Positions 12,296-22,269 of a DNA stretch of 64,000 bases are shown piece by piece; within the stretch, counting starts at the first letter, position 1, and each line of letters begins with the position of its first letter. Source of the DNA: Eledone cirrhosa. Its lineage: Eukaryota. A program made the position numbers and the translations under genes. The DNA lies in assembly GCA_964016885.1 (NCBI GenBank), contig OZ024740.1, forward strand, positions 342,736,001 through 342,800,000, read 5' to 3'. The notes beneath the pieces were generated by a model. It had not been told where the DNA came from, did not search any database, and saw only the letters and a program-made list of their open reading frames with translations.

Positions 12296-13230
12296 GATTA
12301 CCTCTTTTCCTAATTTTATAACTTTTTTATTTTTTGCCTTTTCGTGAGTACTTTCTAAGTAGGTTAACCTTCACTGTAGTGCACTGGACACTCCCCACCA
12401 TCTGCCGTACAAAGGCTGATTCTCGCGCCGTTACAAAGCTTCATTGCAACTCCGACCCTACTCAAATATCAGCTGTTGCTCCTCACCAACCTCCGTTTGG
12501 TGGGCCTCGGAGGACCGTGGACAGGTTAGTATTTCACCTCCGTACGACTCTCAAAGGGTCAACAATGCTTTAATGACGGGATTTATATTTTTAGGCGGTT
12601 CCCTGCAATTACTTCACACTTCACCAACACCTGGCCTCCGCTCAGCTCTATTTCCCTCCCTCCGTCGGCACAGCAGCAGGCTCATCTTCTACGTCCGACA
12701 TACACGATGCACCAACCATACAATGACCCCTCTTTCTCTTTTTTGGTTGTCATAATTCGACAATGTGTTCAGGCCCCTGTTTGCGGTTCCCTCAATCCAC
12801 CCCCTCCTCTGTTAAAACATGTCATGCAGAACAACTCCATCGCAGCTCTGTTGTTCGGCTGGCATCGTCTACGTGCGTGTTGTGCAAGTACTGTGAAACA
12901 ATAAATTTGAACACTTCTTTGCACAGAGATAATATCAATAGGCGAAACTACAATTGTCACTGCTGGCGCAGCTCCTGCTTTGGTAGTGCAGGTTTGCAAT
13001 TCATTCAACCAGTGCCTGGCAGACAAAAAAGTGCTGCCATAAAATGGGTGGTGCAACCTAACTTTGGTAACTTACTGACCCCGAGCAACGCCGGGCTTTA
13101 ATGCTAGTATATTATAAAAAGACAACCCCACAGATTTTAGTGGAAAATAATTTTTTTCCTTTTTTTTGTGTGCTATCAGTTAAACTTACCTTATAATATG
13201 GTCTTAAGGACAATTATAGAACACCTACAG

Positions 13231-13430
13231 GGCGGTGGATTGCAGTATAGGTAGAGCGTTGGACATCGCGGCATAGAGTTATGTCCCTTTATGATCTCAG
13301 TTCAAATACTGGCTAGGTTAACTTTGCCTTTCATACTTACGGGGGCGATAAAATAACGTACCAATAATGCACTGGGGTCGATTTAATCGACTTTTCCCTC
13401 CCCTTGTGCCTAAAGTAGAAACAATTATTA
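13231..13430 (+). mobile_element. OK-like SINE, near full length
   Basis: tRNA-like head (GGCGGTGGATTGCAG...AGTTCAAATAC) plus the shared core TTTGCCTTTCAT..GATAAAATAA.TACC...CCTTGTGCCTAA. Minus-strand copies lie at about 13825-13930 and 14445-14550. Confidence 0.7.
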
Positions 13431-15609
13431 TAGAACAACCCTTCGATTTCAATGGGGAAAACATTTTTTCCTCTATTTTTTTTTTTTTTGTGCTATCAAC
13501 TAATCTGATTACCAAGACGTTCGTAAGCGAATGTTTTTCCAGGAAACCCGAAGGAGTTTATGGTTATGGTTTCCATTTTACATGTGAGCACCTTGGGGGT
13601 CAGATTAGTTGATAACACATGAAAAAAAAAAATCGAAGAAAAATAATTATTTCCCACTAAACGCAGATGTATAGATCTGCGCGGAACCCACTCGACCCCT
13701 CTGTTCTCCGGTAAAAAAAAACTTGATTACCAGAATCTTGGAGGTTTGATTAGTTGATAGCACACGAAAAACACGAATAGAAAATTGTTTTCCGATTGAA
13801 ATAGAGTGGGGCGTTCTATAATAATAATAATTGTTTCTAATTTTGGCACAAGGCCAGCAATTATCCCAGTGTATTACTGGTGCTTTATTTTATCGACCCG
13901 TAAGGATGAAAGGCAAAGTTAACCTCGAATAATAATAATAAATTATTTCCCACTAAAATCGGCAGGTGTGTCTTCTGGTAGCAGTCAACTTATGTTCATA
14001 ATGCATGTATATGTGCAAGTGAAAATCAACGAAAAGTATGTAGAAAATGTTGTTCCATTAACGATGTTTTATAATACTGGTCAACAAATAGCCTAAACAA
14101 CAATAGTTGGTTTGAAGTGAATAAAGTTTTGTCTTTCAGATCCGCGAGAATATTTATAACATATGTGAAGTAGCTAAAGGTGACCATTAAATAGATATGC
14201 TTAATTGTTAAAATATGGGTAGAGCAAGAAAATGGGATACATTCAGTATAAAAACATGTAACGTAGATAAATCACTAGATTTATATTCAAATTCATATTT
14301 GCCTTCTCTCTCCTTGAACCTTTGCGAGTTCTTTATATAATTTAATAATAAGTATTGAGTAAAATCCTAGCAGTGTCAGTCCATGTACTAACTCGTGTGT
14401 AGTTGTATAGAAACAGCTTTTGATCTAACGAATATGTTTCTGAAAATAATTGTTTCTATTTTAGGCACAAGGCCAGCAATTACTCAGTACATTACTGGTA
14501 CTTTATTTTATCGACACCGTAAGGATGAAAGGCAAAGTTAACCTCGGCGGAAAATAATATACTTGCATTAGATCTAATAAATTTAGTGTAGTTAACACTG
14601 AAATATTTCATTAACTTAAACACAAAAATGTCACTAAAATATTTCTAATGCTGCCCATTAAGTAAATAGTTATAAATGTTATTTAACTATAACTGTTTAC
14701 AAGGAAGTATTACTACGGAGTCTCGTCCAAATTGACACTGACAGTTAACTAAATGACGAAAATATAAATAACATGAGAGAAACAAAACATACCCGTCCCC
14801 ACATTCGAACTGTTGATTTAGCAGTTATAGGTCCGATGTTATAACGAGTAGATTCCGATGACATCTTCAGATCCTGGTCTCCTTCTGCCATTTCTGGGCA
14901 TGCCATTTGGTGTACGACCGATTGACACTCCGTTTCTTTCGTTTTGATACTATATTTTCATGTGAAATATTTATGTAATTAAGTAATAGAGATTATCATT
15001 TATGTGTTGATTTTTTACATTTATAACATTGTGTTTGTAATTTCAAGTTATCTATATTTTCAGCATATTTGTTTGGGGGAAAATACGAACTTTGCTATTA
15101 TGCAATTTCATGTACATCGTTTATTCTTTTTTATTGTGTTAATAAATTTATCTCTTTATATATCATATGACAAGCTTATACAAATTGTTTTTGTTTTCAG
15201 ATCACAAGGCGGGCGGTTAGAAGCCCTTGTAAAAGTCGGGCAGATTATAGCCGCAATGACGTCGATAAAGTTGTTGGTGAGGCGATAAAAAGAAGAAGAA
15301 AAAAAACGAAAAGAAAAAAAATCGTGGTAAACGTGTGCAGAGCTGATTAGGTTTTAACCTAGGCGCAGTTATCCTCCAGCACTTGTAATACTTCACAACA
15401 CACTTAAGCAACAGCAGGCTAGGAAATGTACACACTCACTTTGAAGTATGCTAACTATGATAATTTCTATTCTAATTACTGAAATTATGAAAACACTATC
15501 AATTTTCATATGAAGTATATGTAAATGTGTGACAGCCGAATGAGTACCATCTACCTCCAACATAGACACATTCATCAACACCCAACCATATGTACACCCC
15601 TACATACGT

Positions 15610-16285
15610 GTATGTATATAGGACTGGATCAAAGGTATTTTGTTATCGTTATACACAAGCAAAGGGGGAAAATCGATATGTGACAACTACCGTGGTATCA
15701 CTTTTTTGGAAGCTGTTGGCAATGTTCTTGCAAGAATTTTGCTCGACAGACTGGAGGAGCAGATCTGTCCTATAGCTATCCCAGAATCACAGAGTGGTTT
15801 TAGGGGAGGAAGGGGAACAGTTGACAGGATTTTCTCTGTAAGACAAATACAAAAAAAGGCATTGAGCAGTGTGTCCCTCTCTATATCAATTCTTTGTCAA
15901 CCTAACAAACGCTTTTGACACATTTAACAGCGATGCACTCTGCATAATACAATGTCCAGCTAAGTGTGTGAGTATGCTAAAGCAGCTGCATAGAAATATG
16001 AAAGCTCAAGTTACCTTCAATGGTCAACTATCTGGGCAAATCCCAATTGACAACAGGGTAAAGCAAGGTGATATTCCTGCTCCTACATTTTTCTCTATCT
16101 TCTTTGCTGCCTTACTCACATATGCTTTCCATGATTGTGACAAAGGCATTCCCCTAATGTTCAGAACTACCGGAAAGGTTTTCAACTTAAGAAGGTTTAA
16201 TGCCAAAACAAAACCTTTTCAAGCTTTGATCAGAGACTTTCTTTACACCAACAACACTGACTTCCCAGCACATACAGAAGCTGAA
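15610..16285 (+). mobile_element. RTE (BovB-like) LINE RT fragment, degenerate
   Basis: CDNYRGITFL, PESQSGFRGGRGTVD.IF, FVNLTNAFD, VKQGDIPAPTFFSIFF, FRTTGKVFNLRRF. Confidence 0.85.
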
Positions 16286-16372
16286 AATTCTTCCATGGGC
16301 ACTTCAACTACACACAGAGAATCATCAGTTTCTTCATATAAACAACACATCTCCTTTGCACTGTGAACTTAC

Positions 16373-16653
16373 TGTGGGTATGGTGTGGTGTGCGGTGGCG
16401 GGGGGGGGGGGGGGGGGGCTCGACCGGAAGGGGTTTTTGAGTGCTCGACCGGAAGGGGTCTTTGACCGGAAGGATGCTCGACCGGAAGGGCCAGGAGAGG
16501 GCCTCTCTCTAGTGGTGACCAGCATACGGTGAGGACGCGTTTTGGGCAGCTCCCGGTGTTAAGCAGTCGGACACACGTGGAAGAGGAGTACCTGCAGTGG
16601 AATTTAGCGGCGCCTGTGAAAAGCGGTAAGTGAGATAGCTTTTTCTAACCACA
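16373..16653 (+). repeat. 5' LTR
   Basis: TGTGGGTA...TTCTAACCACA (TG...CA), matches 20310-20589. Confidence 0.93.
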
Positions 16654-16713
16654 AGCTATTTCGGCGACTGAAAAAAAAAAAAAGAAAACACTTGCCGCAA
16701 AACAAATCAGAAG

Positions 16714-17466
16714 ATGGCGACAAGACTACGGATGAACGAAGCTATCAGGCCATTCACCGGGGAAGGTGATGTTGTCGCTTGGCTGCGGAAGGTTCGGCTG
16801 GTCGCAGGCTTGCAGAAGATAGAAGACGTGGCCGGCCTCATGGCATTGTACCTCGAGGGCGACGCGTTGGTACTCTTCCTTGAGTTGGACGAGCACAGCC
16901 AAAGAGATGTGCAGAAGATTGAGAGGCGTCTGATGGATGCATTCGCCGAGGGACCGTTGGCGGCTTTTGCTAAGCTGGCGAGAATCAGGTGGAATGGTGA
17001 GCGCGTCGACATTTTCGCAGCGGAAATAAGGCGGTTGGCTGGTTACCAGGCGGAATGCGAACGCACGGTGCGGTTGGCATTCATCAATGGATTTCCGGAC
17101 GACATAGCGGTGAAACTGCAGCAAGTCCCGGGGTACAAGGAGATGGAAATGCGTTCTCTGGTGGAACAAGCCCGGATCATAGCGGAAGATGCCAAAAAGA
17201 GTGTCGCGGCGATAGCGACTACGGAGGCTCAGGACACCTGGCAGCGAAATGGTCAAAGGGAGGCAACCTCGGCACGCGGCCGTGCGCGAGAATTTAGGGG
17301 CCGCTGTTTTAGGTGTCACGGCCCGCATATGGCTAGAGACTGTAGAGAGTCGAAGCTGGATATAATTTGCTACCGGTGTAAGCGACCAGGCCACATCGCT
17401 ACTAACTGCGACCAGGGAAATGGTCCAAGGGGAACTACTGCGCCGGTAGTTGCCCCTTACGAGTAG
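16714..17466 (+). CDS. gag: Gag protein with two CCHC zinc knuckles
   Basis: Uninterrupted 250-aa ORF containing CFRCHGPHMARDC and CYRCKRPGHIATNC. Confidence 0.9.
   Translation: MATRLRMNEAIRPFTGEGDVVAWLRKVRLVAGLQKIEDVAGLMALYLEGDALVLFLELDEHSQRDVQKIERRLMDAFAEGPLAAFAKLARIRWNGERVDIFAAEIRRLAGYQAECERTVRLAFINGFPDDIAVKLQQVPGYKEMEMRSLVEQARIIAEDAKKSVAAIATTEAQDTWQRNGQREATSARGRAREFRGRCFRCHGPHMARDCRESKLDIICYRCKRPGHIATNCDQGNGPRGTTAPVVAPYE
17415..17458 (+). promoter_or_regulatory. -1 programmed ribosomal frameshift signal (gag-pol)
   Basis: In-register slippery heptamer G-GGA-AAT (17415-17421), 5-nt spacer, then stem-loop AAGGGGAACTAC...GTAGTTGCCCCTT. The -1 frame is open into the protease motif LVDTGC. 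Confidence 0.75.
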
Positions 17467-20297
17467 CGGCGCTGCCCGTGGTGGAAGTCTTCGTGAGGGG
17501 GAAGCCACAGCGAGCCCTCGTGGATACGGGCTGTACAACGACACTGGTGACCGTGGGGTGGCGCAGAGGTGGGGAGGGAAGAGCAGCGTAAGGGCAGTCG
17601 ACAGCAGGAAAATTGAATGCCGAGGTCGCAGCGAGATGGAAATAGCGGTACGGGGAAGGACGATAAGGCTTTCCGCCATCGTGGTAGACAGTGTGGTGGA
17701 TGGGATCGGCGTGGTTATGGGCATGGACGCGATTGGCCGTCTAGGGGGCGTCACGGTGAACAATGTCGGTGTGTCGTTTGGCGCCGCTGCATCGGTATGC
17801 GCTGTGAGTGCACGTCATGAGAACCAGAAGGCCCACGAGGAGCAATACCCCGCTTACACTGTACAGGACAAGGACTTCAAGGCCGTGTTTGATGGGCAGC
17901 GATGGGTTGTTGAGTGGTACTGGAAGGGAGAACCACCAATACTGAAGACCAAAGTGGGCTGCTATCAACACACATTGAAGGGAAACGCTAGGGGCGAGTT
18001 CGAGCGAGAAGTAGAGAGATGGATCGAAGAGGGCATACTGCTTCCCTGGAAGGAGGAGGTGAAGTGCGGAGTATTGCCGTTGATGGCGGTGGTGCAACCC
18101 ACGAAGAGCAAGGTGAGGCCGGTGCTGGACTATCGAGAGCTGAACGAGCACGTGTCATGCCACACGGGTGGCGAGGTCACGGATGTCTGTGGGGAAACCC
18201 TGCGTGAGTGGAGACGCATGACGGGGGGTTCAGCGATCGTGGATCTAAAGTCGGCTTACTTGCAGTTGCATATAGATGAGAGGCTCTGGCGGTATCAGCT
18301 GGTCAGGTATAAGGGCCAGACATATTGCCTGACCAGGCTCGGTTTCGGGCTGAGCTCCGCACCGAAGATCATGGCGGCGGTCCTCAAGACCGCTCTGGGG
18401 AGGGCCGACAAGATAAAGAGGGCTACTAACTCTTACATTGACGACATCCTAGTGGACGAGTCGGTGGTGTCGACGGCGGAGGTCACGAGCCATTTGCGGA
18501 GGTATGGACTGACTGCGAAGCCATCAGAAGCATTGGAGGGAGGAGCCGCGCTGGGACTTAGGCTACGGCGAGATAAGACGGGCGTTTTGGAGTTCCAGAG
18601 GGGAAACGAAGTTCCGGAACTGGGCCCAAGTATGAATAGGCGGGAGCTTTTCTCGGTGTGTGGAAAGCTGGTGGGTCACTACCCGATCGCTGGGTGGCTC
18701 CGGACGGCATGCAGCTATGTCAAGAGACGAGCGGGAGGGATGACTTGGAGTGACAGAGTGGGAGAGAGAACGGTGGCCATGATGCAGGAGATCGTGGGGA
18801 GGGTGAAGGCCGACGACCCAGTGCGGGGACGCTGGTACGTTCCCAAATCACGGAGCGGGACCGTATGGTGCGATGCCAGCAGCATAGCGCTGGGTGTCAC
18901 GTTGGAGATAGGAGGTGTTGAGGTCGAGGATGCAGCCTGGCTTAGAAAGAAGGACGACTGCAGCCACATCAATGTGGCCGAGCTGGACGCGGTGTTGAGA
19001 GGGGTGAACCTCGCCCTGCGGTGGGGGCTGCGCACCATCGAGATACGCACCGATTCGGCTACCGTACTCGGATGGGTAAGATCAGTGCTCACCAGTGAGA
19101 AGAGAGTGCGAACGAGAGGCGCGGCGGAGATGCTGATAAAGCGCCGCCTGGGAACGTTAGGAGAGCTGGCCACCGAGTTCGACCTGAAGCTGAGCGTAGT
19201 GTTCGTGCCCTCAGAGAAAAATAGGGCGGACATCTTAACTAGAGTGAAGAAAGCCTGGATGGAAGCGCCGGAGGAGGTAGAGGATGAGATAGCTGCCGTG
19301 TGTCGGCTGACCGAGTTAGACCTGAAGGGGTTGCATGACATGCACCACATGGAGGTGGATAGGAGCCTGTTCCTAGCCAGGAGAATCGACTCGGACGTTA
19401 GCAGACACAGTGTTCGGGGGGGGGGGGGGGGTTAGAGGCTGCGTCCGATGTCAGTCCATTGATCCCGCCCCGGGTGTACACGAAACGGGAAGCCTCCCGG
19501 TGGATCACGACTGGAAGCGATTAGCGGTGGATGTGACGCACTACCGGCAGGGAACGTACCTCTCGATGGTCGACTGTGGACCAGGTCGAATGGCGATATG
19601 GAGGGAGATGAAGACTGGAACGGCCAAGGAAATCGTGCGGACGTTGAGAGAGGTGTTCTTGGAGCGGGGCCCTGTGGATGAACTGCTGATGGACAACAGC
19701 GCAGCGTTCCGCTCGGAGGCACTGAGGGAGATGCTCGATGGATGGAAGGTGGACCGTTTCTTCAGCGCGGCGCACAGGCCGAGCGGGAATGGAATCGTGG
19801 AGCGACACCACCGGACGATCAAGGCAATGGCGGAGTGGGGCCATATCTCACCAATGGAGGCAGTGTTCTGGTACAATATGTCCCCTCGGGTTGGACAGGT
19901 CGAGGAATCGGTGCCACACAGAGCAGTATTCAAATACGAGTGGCGGCACCCGTGCACGCCACCACAACGGCCAGTGGGGAGAGAGAGTGCATTCGTGCAG
20001 GTGGGCGAAGAAGTCTGGGTTAAGCCCCCAGATGCACGGTGCACATCTCAATGGGGAAGGGGAACGGTGACGGCCGTAAATTCAAAGAACAATGTGTCCG
20101 TGGACGGGGTACCACGTCATGTCCTGGATGTAAGAAGAATCACTGTGTCGACGGACTCCGAGGAAGAGGAAACCCAAGATGAGGTGGAAACCCAGAGCCC
20201 TGCCCCAATACTACGAAGATCGCAACGAAGTCGTAGACCACCGACCTGGACGGCAGACTTTCATATGCAGAGGGACGAGGGGGAAATTGATCCTTGA
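17415..20297 (+). pseudogene. pol: Pol polyprotein (protease, RT, RNase H, integrase) with two apparent frameshifts
   Basis: ALVDTGC (-1 frame), DLKSAYLQ, RLGFGLSSAP, YIDDIL, WCDASS, INVAELDA, RTDS, NRADILTR, H..HH...CVRC, VDVTH, MDNS, GIVERHHRTIK. Frame breaks near 17550 and in the G-run near 19416-19432; the second may be a homopolymer sequencing error. Confidence 0.9.
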
Positions 20298-20309
20298 GAT
20301 CAGGGGGCG

Positions 20310-20589
20310 TATGGGTATGGTGTGGCGTGTGGTGGCCGGGGGAGGGGGGGGAGTGCTGACCGGAAGGGGTTTTTGAGTGCTCGACAGGAAGTGGTCTTTG
20401 ACCGGAAGGATGCTCGACCGGAAGGGCCAGGAGAGGGCCTCTCTCTAGTGGTGACCAGCATACGGCGAGGACGCGTTTTGGGCAGCTCCCGGTGTTAAGC
20501 AGTCGGACGCACGTGGAAGAGGAGTACCTGCAGTGGAATTTAGCGGCGCCTGTGAAAAGCGGTAAGTGAGATAGCTTTTTCTAACCACA
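20310..20589 (+). repeat. 3' LTR
   Basis: TATGGGTA...TTCTAACCACA, a handful of differences from the 5' LTR. Confidence 0.93.
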
Positions 20590-20777
20590 CTTACTGCTAC
20601 CTATGCTTGTATGTACATCCTAAAACAACGTGTCACTTTGTAATCTAATGTAGCATAATAAACACAATCTTTTTCCTTTTTAATTGAAGTGAAGTAAAGT
20701 TCTATATCTAACTAAAATTATTATGTTTGTTGTGTTTATCATCCTTCTTCAACAGCAACCACTAACTTCGCTTCAAT

Positions 20778-20795
20778 TGGTGACCCCGACGTGAT
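20778..20795 (+). other. tRNA-Trp primer-binding site of a second, older LTR element
   Basis: TGGTGACCCCGACGTGAT is the complement of the mature tRNA-Trp 3' end (ATCACGTCGGGGTCACCA). It lies 2 nt after a CA, with AATAAA upstream. Confidence 0.7.
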
Positions 20796-21251
20796 TGAAC
20801 TATTTACAATAACAACATTTCAGTTTCATATTGTTCTGACATCAACATTTGAAGACTCATATAGGTAAAACTGGTGTATTGAATTGTGTCATTGTCTGTC
20901 AATTAGTTTCAACATTAAGGAAAGTTAATCTGAAACATGAGTAGACATGTCTAGACTTTATCTTGAAACATATCCTTACCTAAGGAGTGGCCTGATAGGT
21001 TTTATTTTTTAATTTTCTTGTTCAAGATTTTGTATTGAATGTATAATATTGTGTGTGTGTGTGTGTATGTGTGGGGGTGTGTGTATTTGTGTGTGTGCAT
21101 GTGCTGTGTATATGTATATGTGTGTGTAATTTTCCTACTCTGTATTTTCACTATGCATCCAATCCACACCAGTCAGTGCATACTTATGTATGTCAATGAT
21201 TTGCCCACTCTTTAGTCCTTCTGAAAATATTTACCTTCTGAAAATACTTAC

Positions 21252-21590
21252 GGAGGCACATGGCTTAGTGGTTAGAGCATTGGCCTTACAATCGAAAGGT
21301 TGTGAGTTCAATTCTCAGACCGGGTGATGTATTGTTTCCTTGAGCAAGACACTTTATTTCACATTGCTCCAGTTTACTCAGCTGTAGAAATGAGATGATA
21401 GGGACTGGGGTCCCTATCATTCCACTGTAAAGTGGTCGTGGAGGTGTCACAGCAAAAAAGCACCCAGCACTCACTGTAAATGAGGTTGGTGTTAGGAAGG
21501 GCATCCAGCTGTAGAAATCAAGCCAGAATCAGTTCCCGTCCCACTCTTGCAAGCAGGGAAAAAGCAGACGTAAAATGAAATGAATGAAAA
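21252..21590 (+). mobile_element. tRNA-derived SINE with RTE-derived 3' tail
   Basis: A box (TGGCTTAGTGG) and B box (GAGTTCAATTC), core TCCTTGAGCAAGACACTTTATTTCAC, tail CTTGCAAGCAGGGAAAAAGCAGACGTAAAATG. Reverse copy at 61830-62167. Confidence 0.8.
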
Positions 21591-21624
21591 AATGATTATT
21601 ATTAGCCTATTATTATTATTATTA

Positions 21625-22211
21625 TCAGTAATATAATAAAAGCTGTGTGTATTTGTCTGATACACACTAGAGATGACTGACAAAGGAAGGGGTGACTACA
21701 TCGACTGAAGGAAGAAGGGGTGACTACATCGACTGAGGAAGGAAGGGGTGATGACGTCGACTGAGGAAGGAAGATGTAGCAGAATTTAACATTTGCTACA
21801 CCTGTATGTGTATAATTATAGTGAATTGGCTACACACAATGGCTGTTATGATTATGTGAGTGTTTGCGTGTGTGTATATGTGTTTTTGTGTAAATTATAT
21901 ATATATATAATATTTGTGTGAATGTATATATGTTTATTTAGAAAGATACATAGACAATAGATTACAAACACACATGAATGTACACATACATATATATAAA
22001 CAGACACACTTAGAAAAAATAATTATTACATACACACACATCTATGTGATGACTAAGGAAGGAGGGGGTGAAAAACTATAGAAGTCCAGCGTTCTAAGAT
22101 TCATCACTTGTGTGAGTGAGCGCGAAGGAACCAACCAACCAAAATCTCTTTTTTATATTATGTATAGATATTACAATTAGCTGTCATTTTTGACAGCACG
22201 GGGCCAGCTAG
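21625..22211 (+). mobile_element. Non-autonomous Helitron
   Basis: A|TC start within (TAT)n, internal ~30-bp tandem repeats, 3' hairpin GCTGTCA-TTTT-TGACAGC, then CTAG|T. Confidence 0.7.
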
Positions 22212-22269
22212 TATTATTATAATTATTATTATTATTATCACTATTATTATTAGCATCATCATTATTTCT

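Larger units (their letters stand above)
5124..13107 (+). mobile_element. Full-length autonomous-type Helitron (decayed)
   Basis: 5' A|TCTATAAAAGG at 5124; 3' CCCGAGCAACGCCGGG hairpin followed by CTAG|T at 13104-13108; A|T insertion site with no TSD; Rep-helicase coding region inside. Confidence 0.85.
16373..20589 (+). mobile_element. Full-length Ty3/Gypsy-type LTR retrotransposon (~4.2 kb)
   Basis: Two ~280-bp near-identical LTRs; 5-bp TSD CTTAC at 16368-16372 and 20590-20594; gag-PR-RT-RH-IN order; purine-rich tract before the 3' LTR. Confidence 0.95.

Noticed and set aside
14790-14860. tRNA-like B-box sequence on minus
   Set aside because: No complete cloverleaf; at best a decayed tRNA or SINE head.
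16726-17763. 345-aa antisense ORF over gag/protease, and similar antisense ORFs in pol, Tx1 and RTE
   Set aside because: Shadow ORFs of GC-rich coding strands with no independent motifs.
21252-21325. Possible tRNA gene
   Set aside because: A and B boxes are present, but it continues into a SINE core and RTE tail and has a second copy; it is a SINE head.
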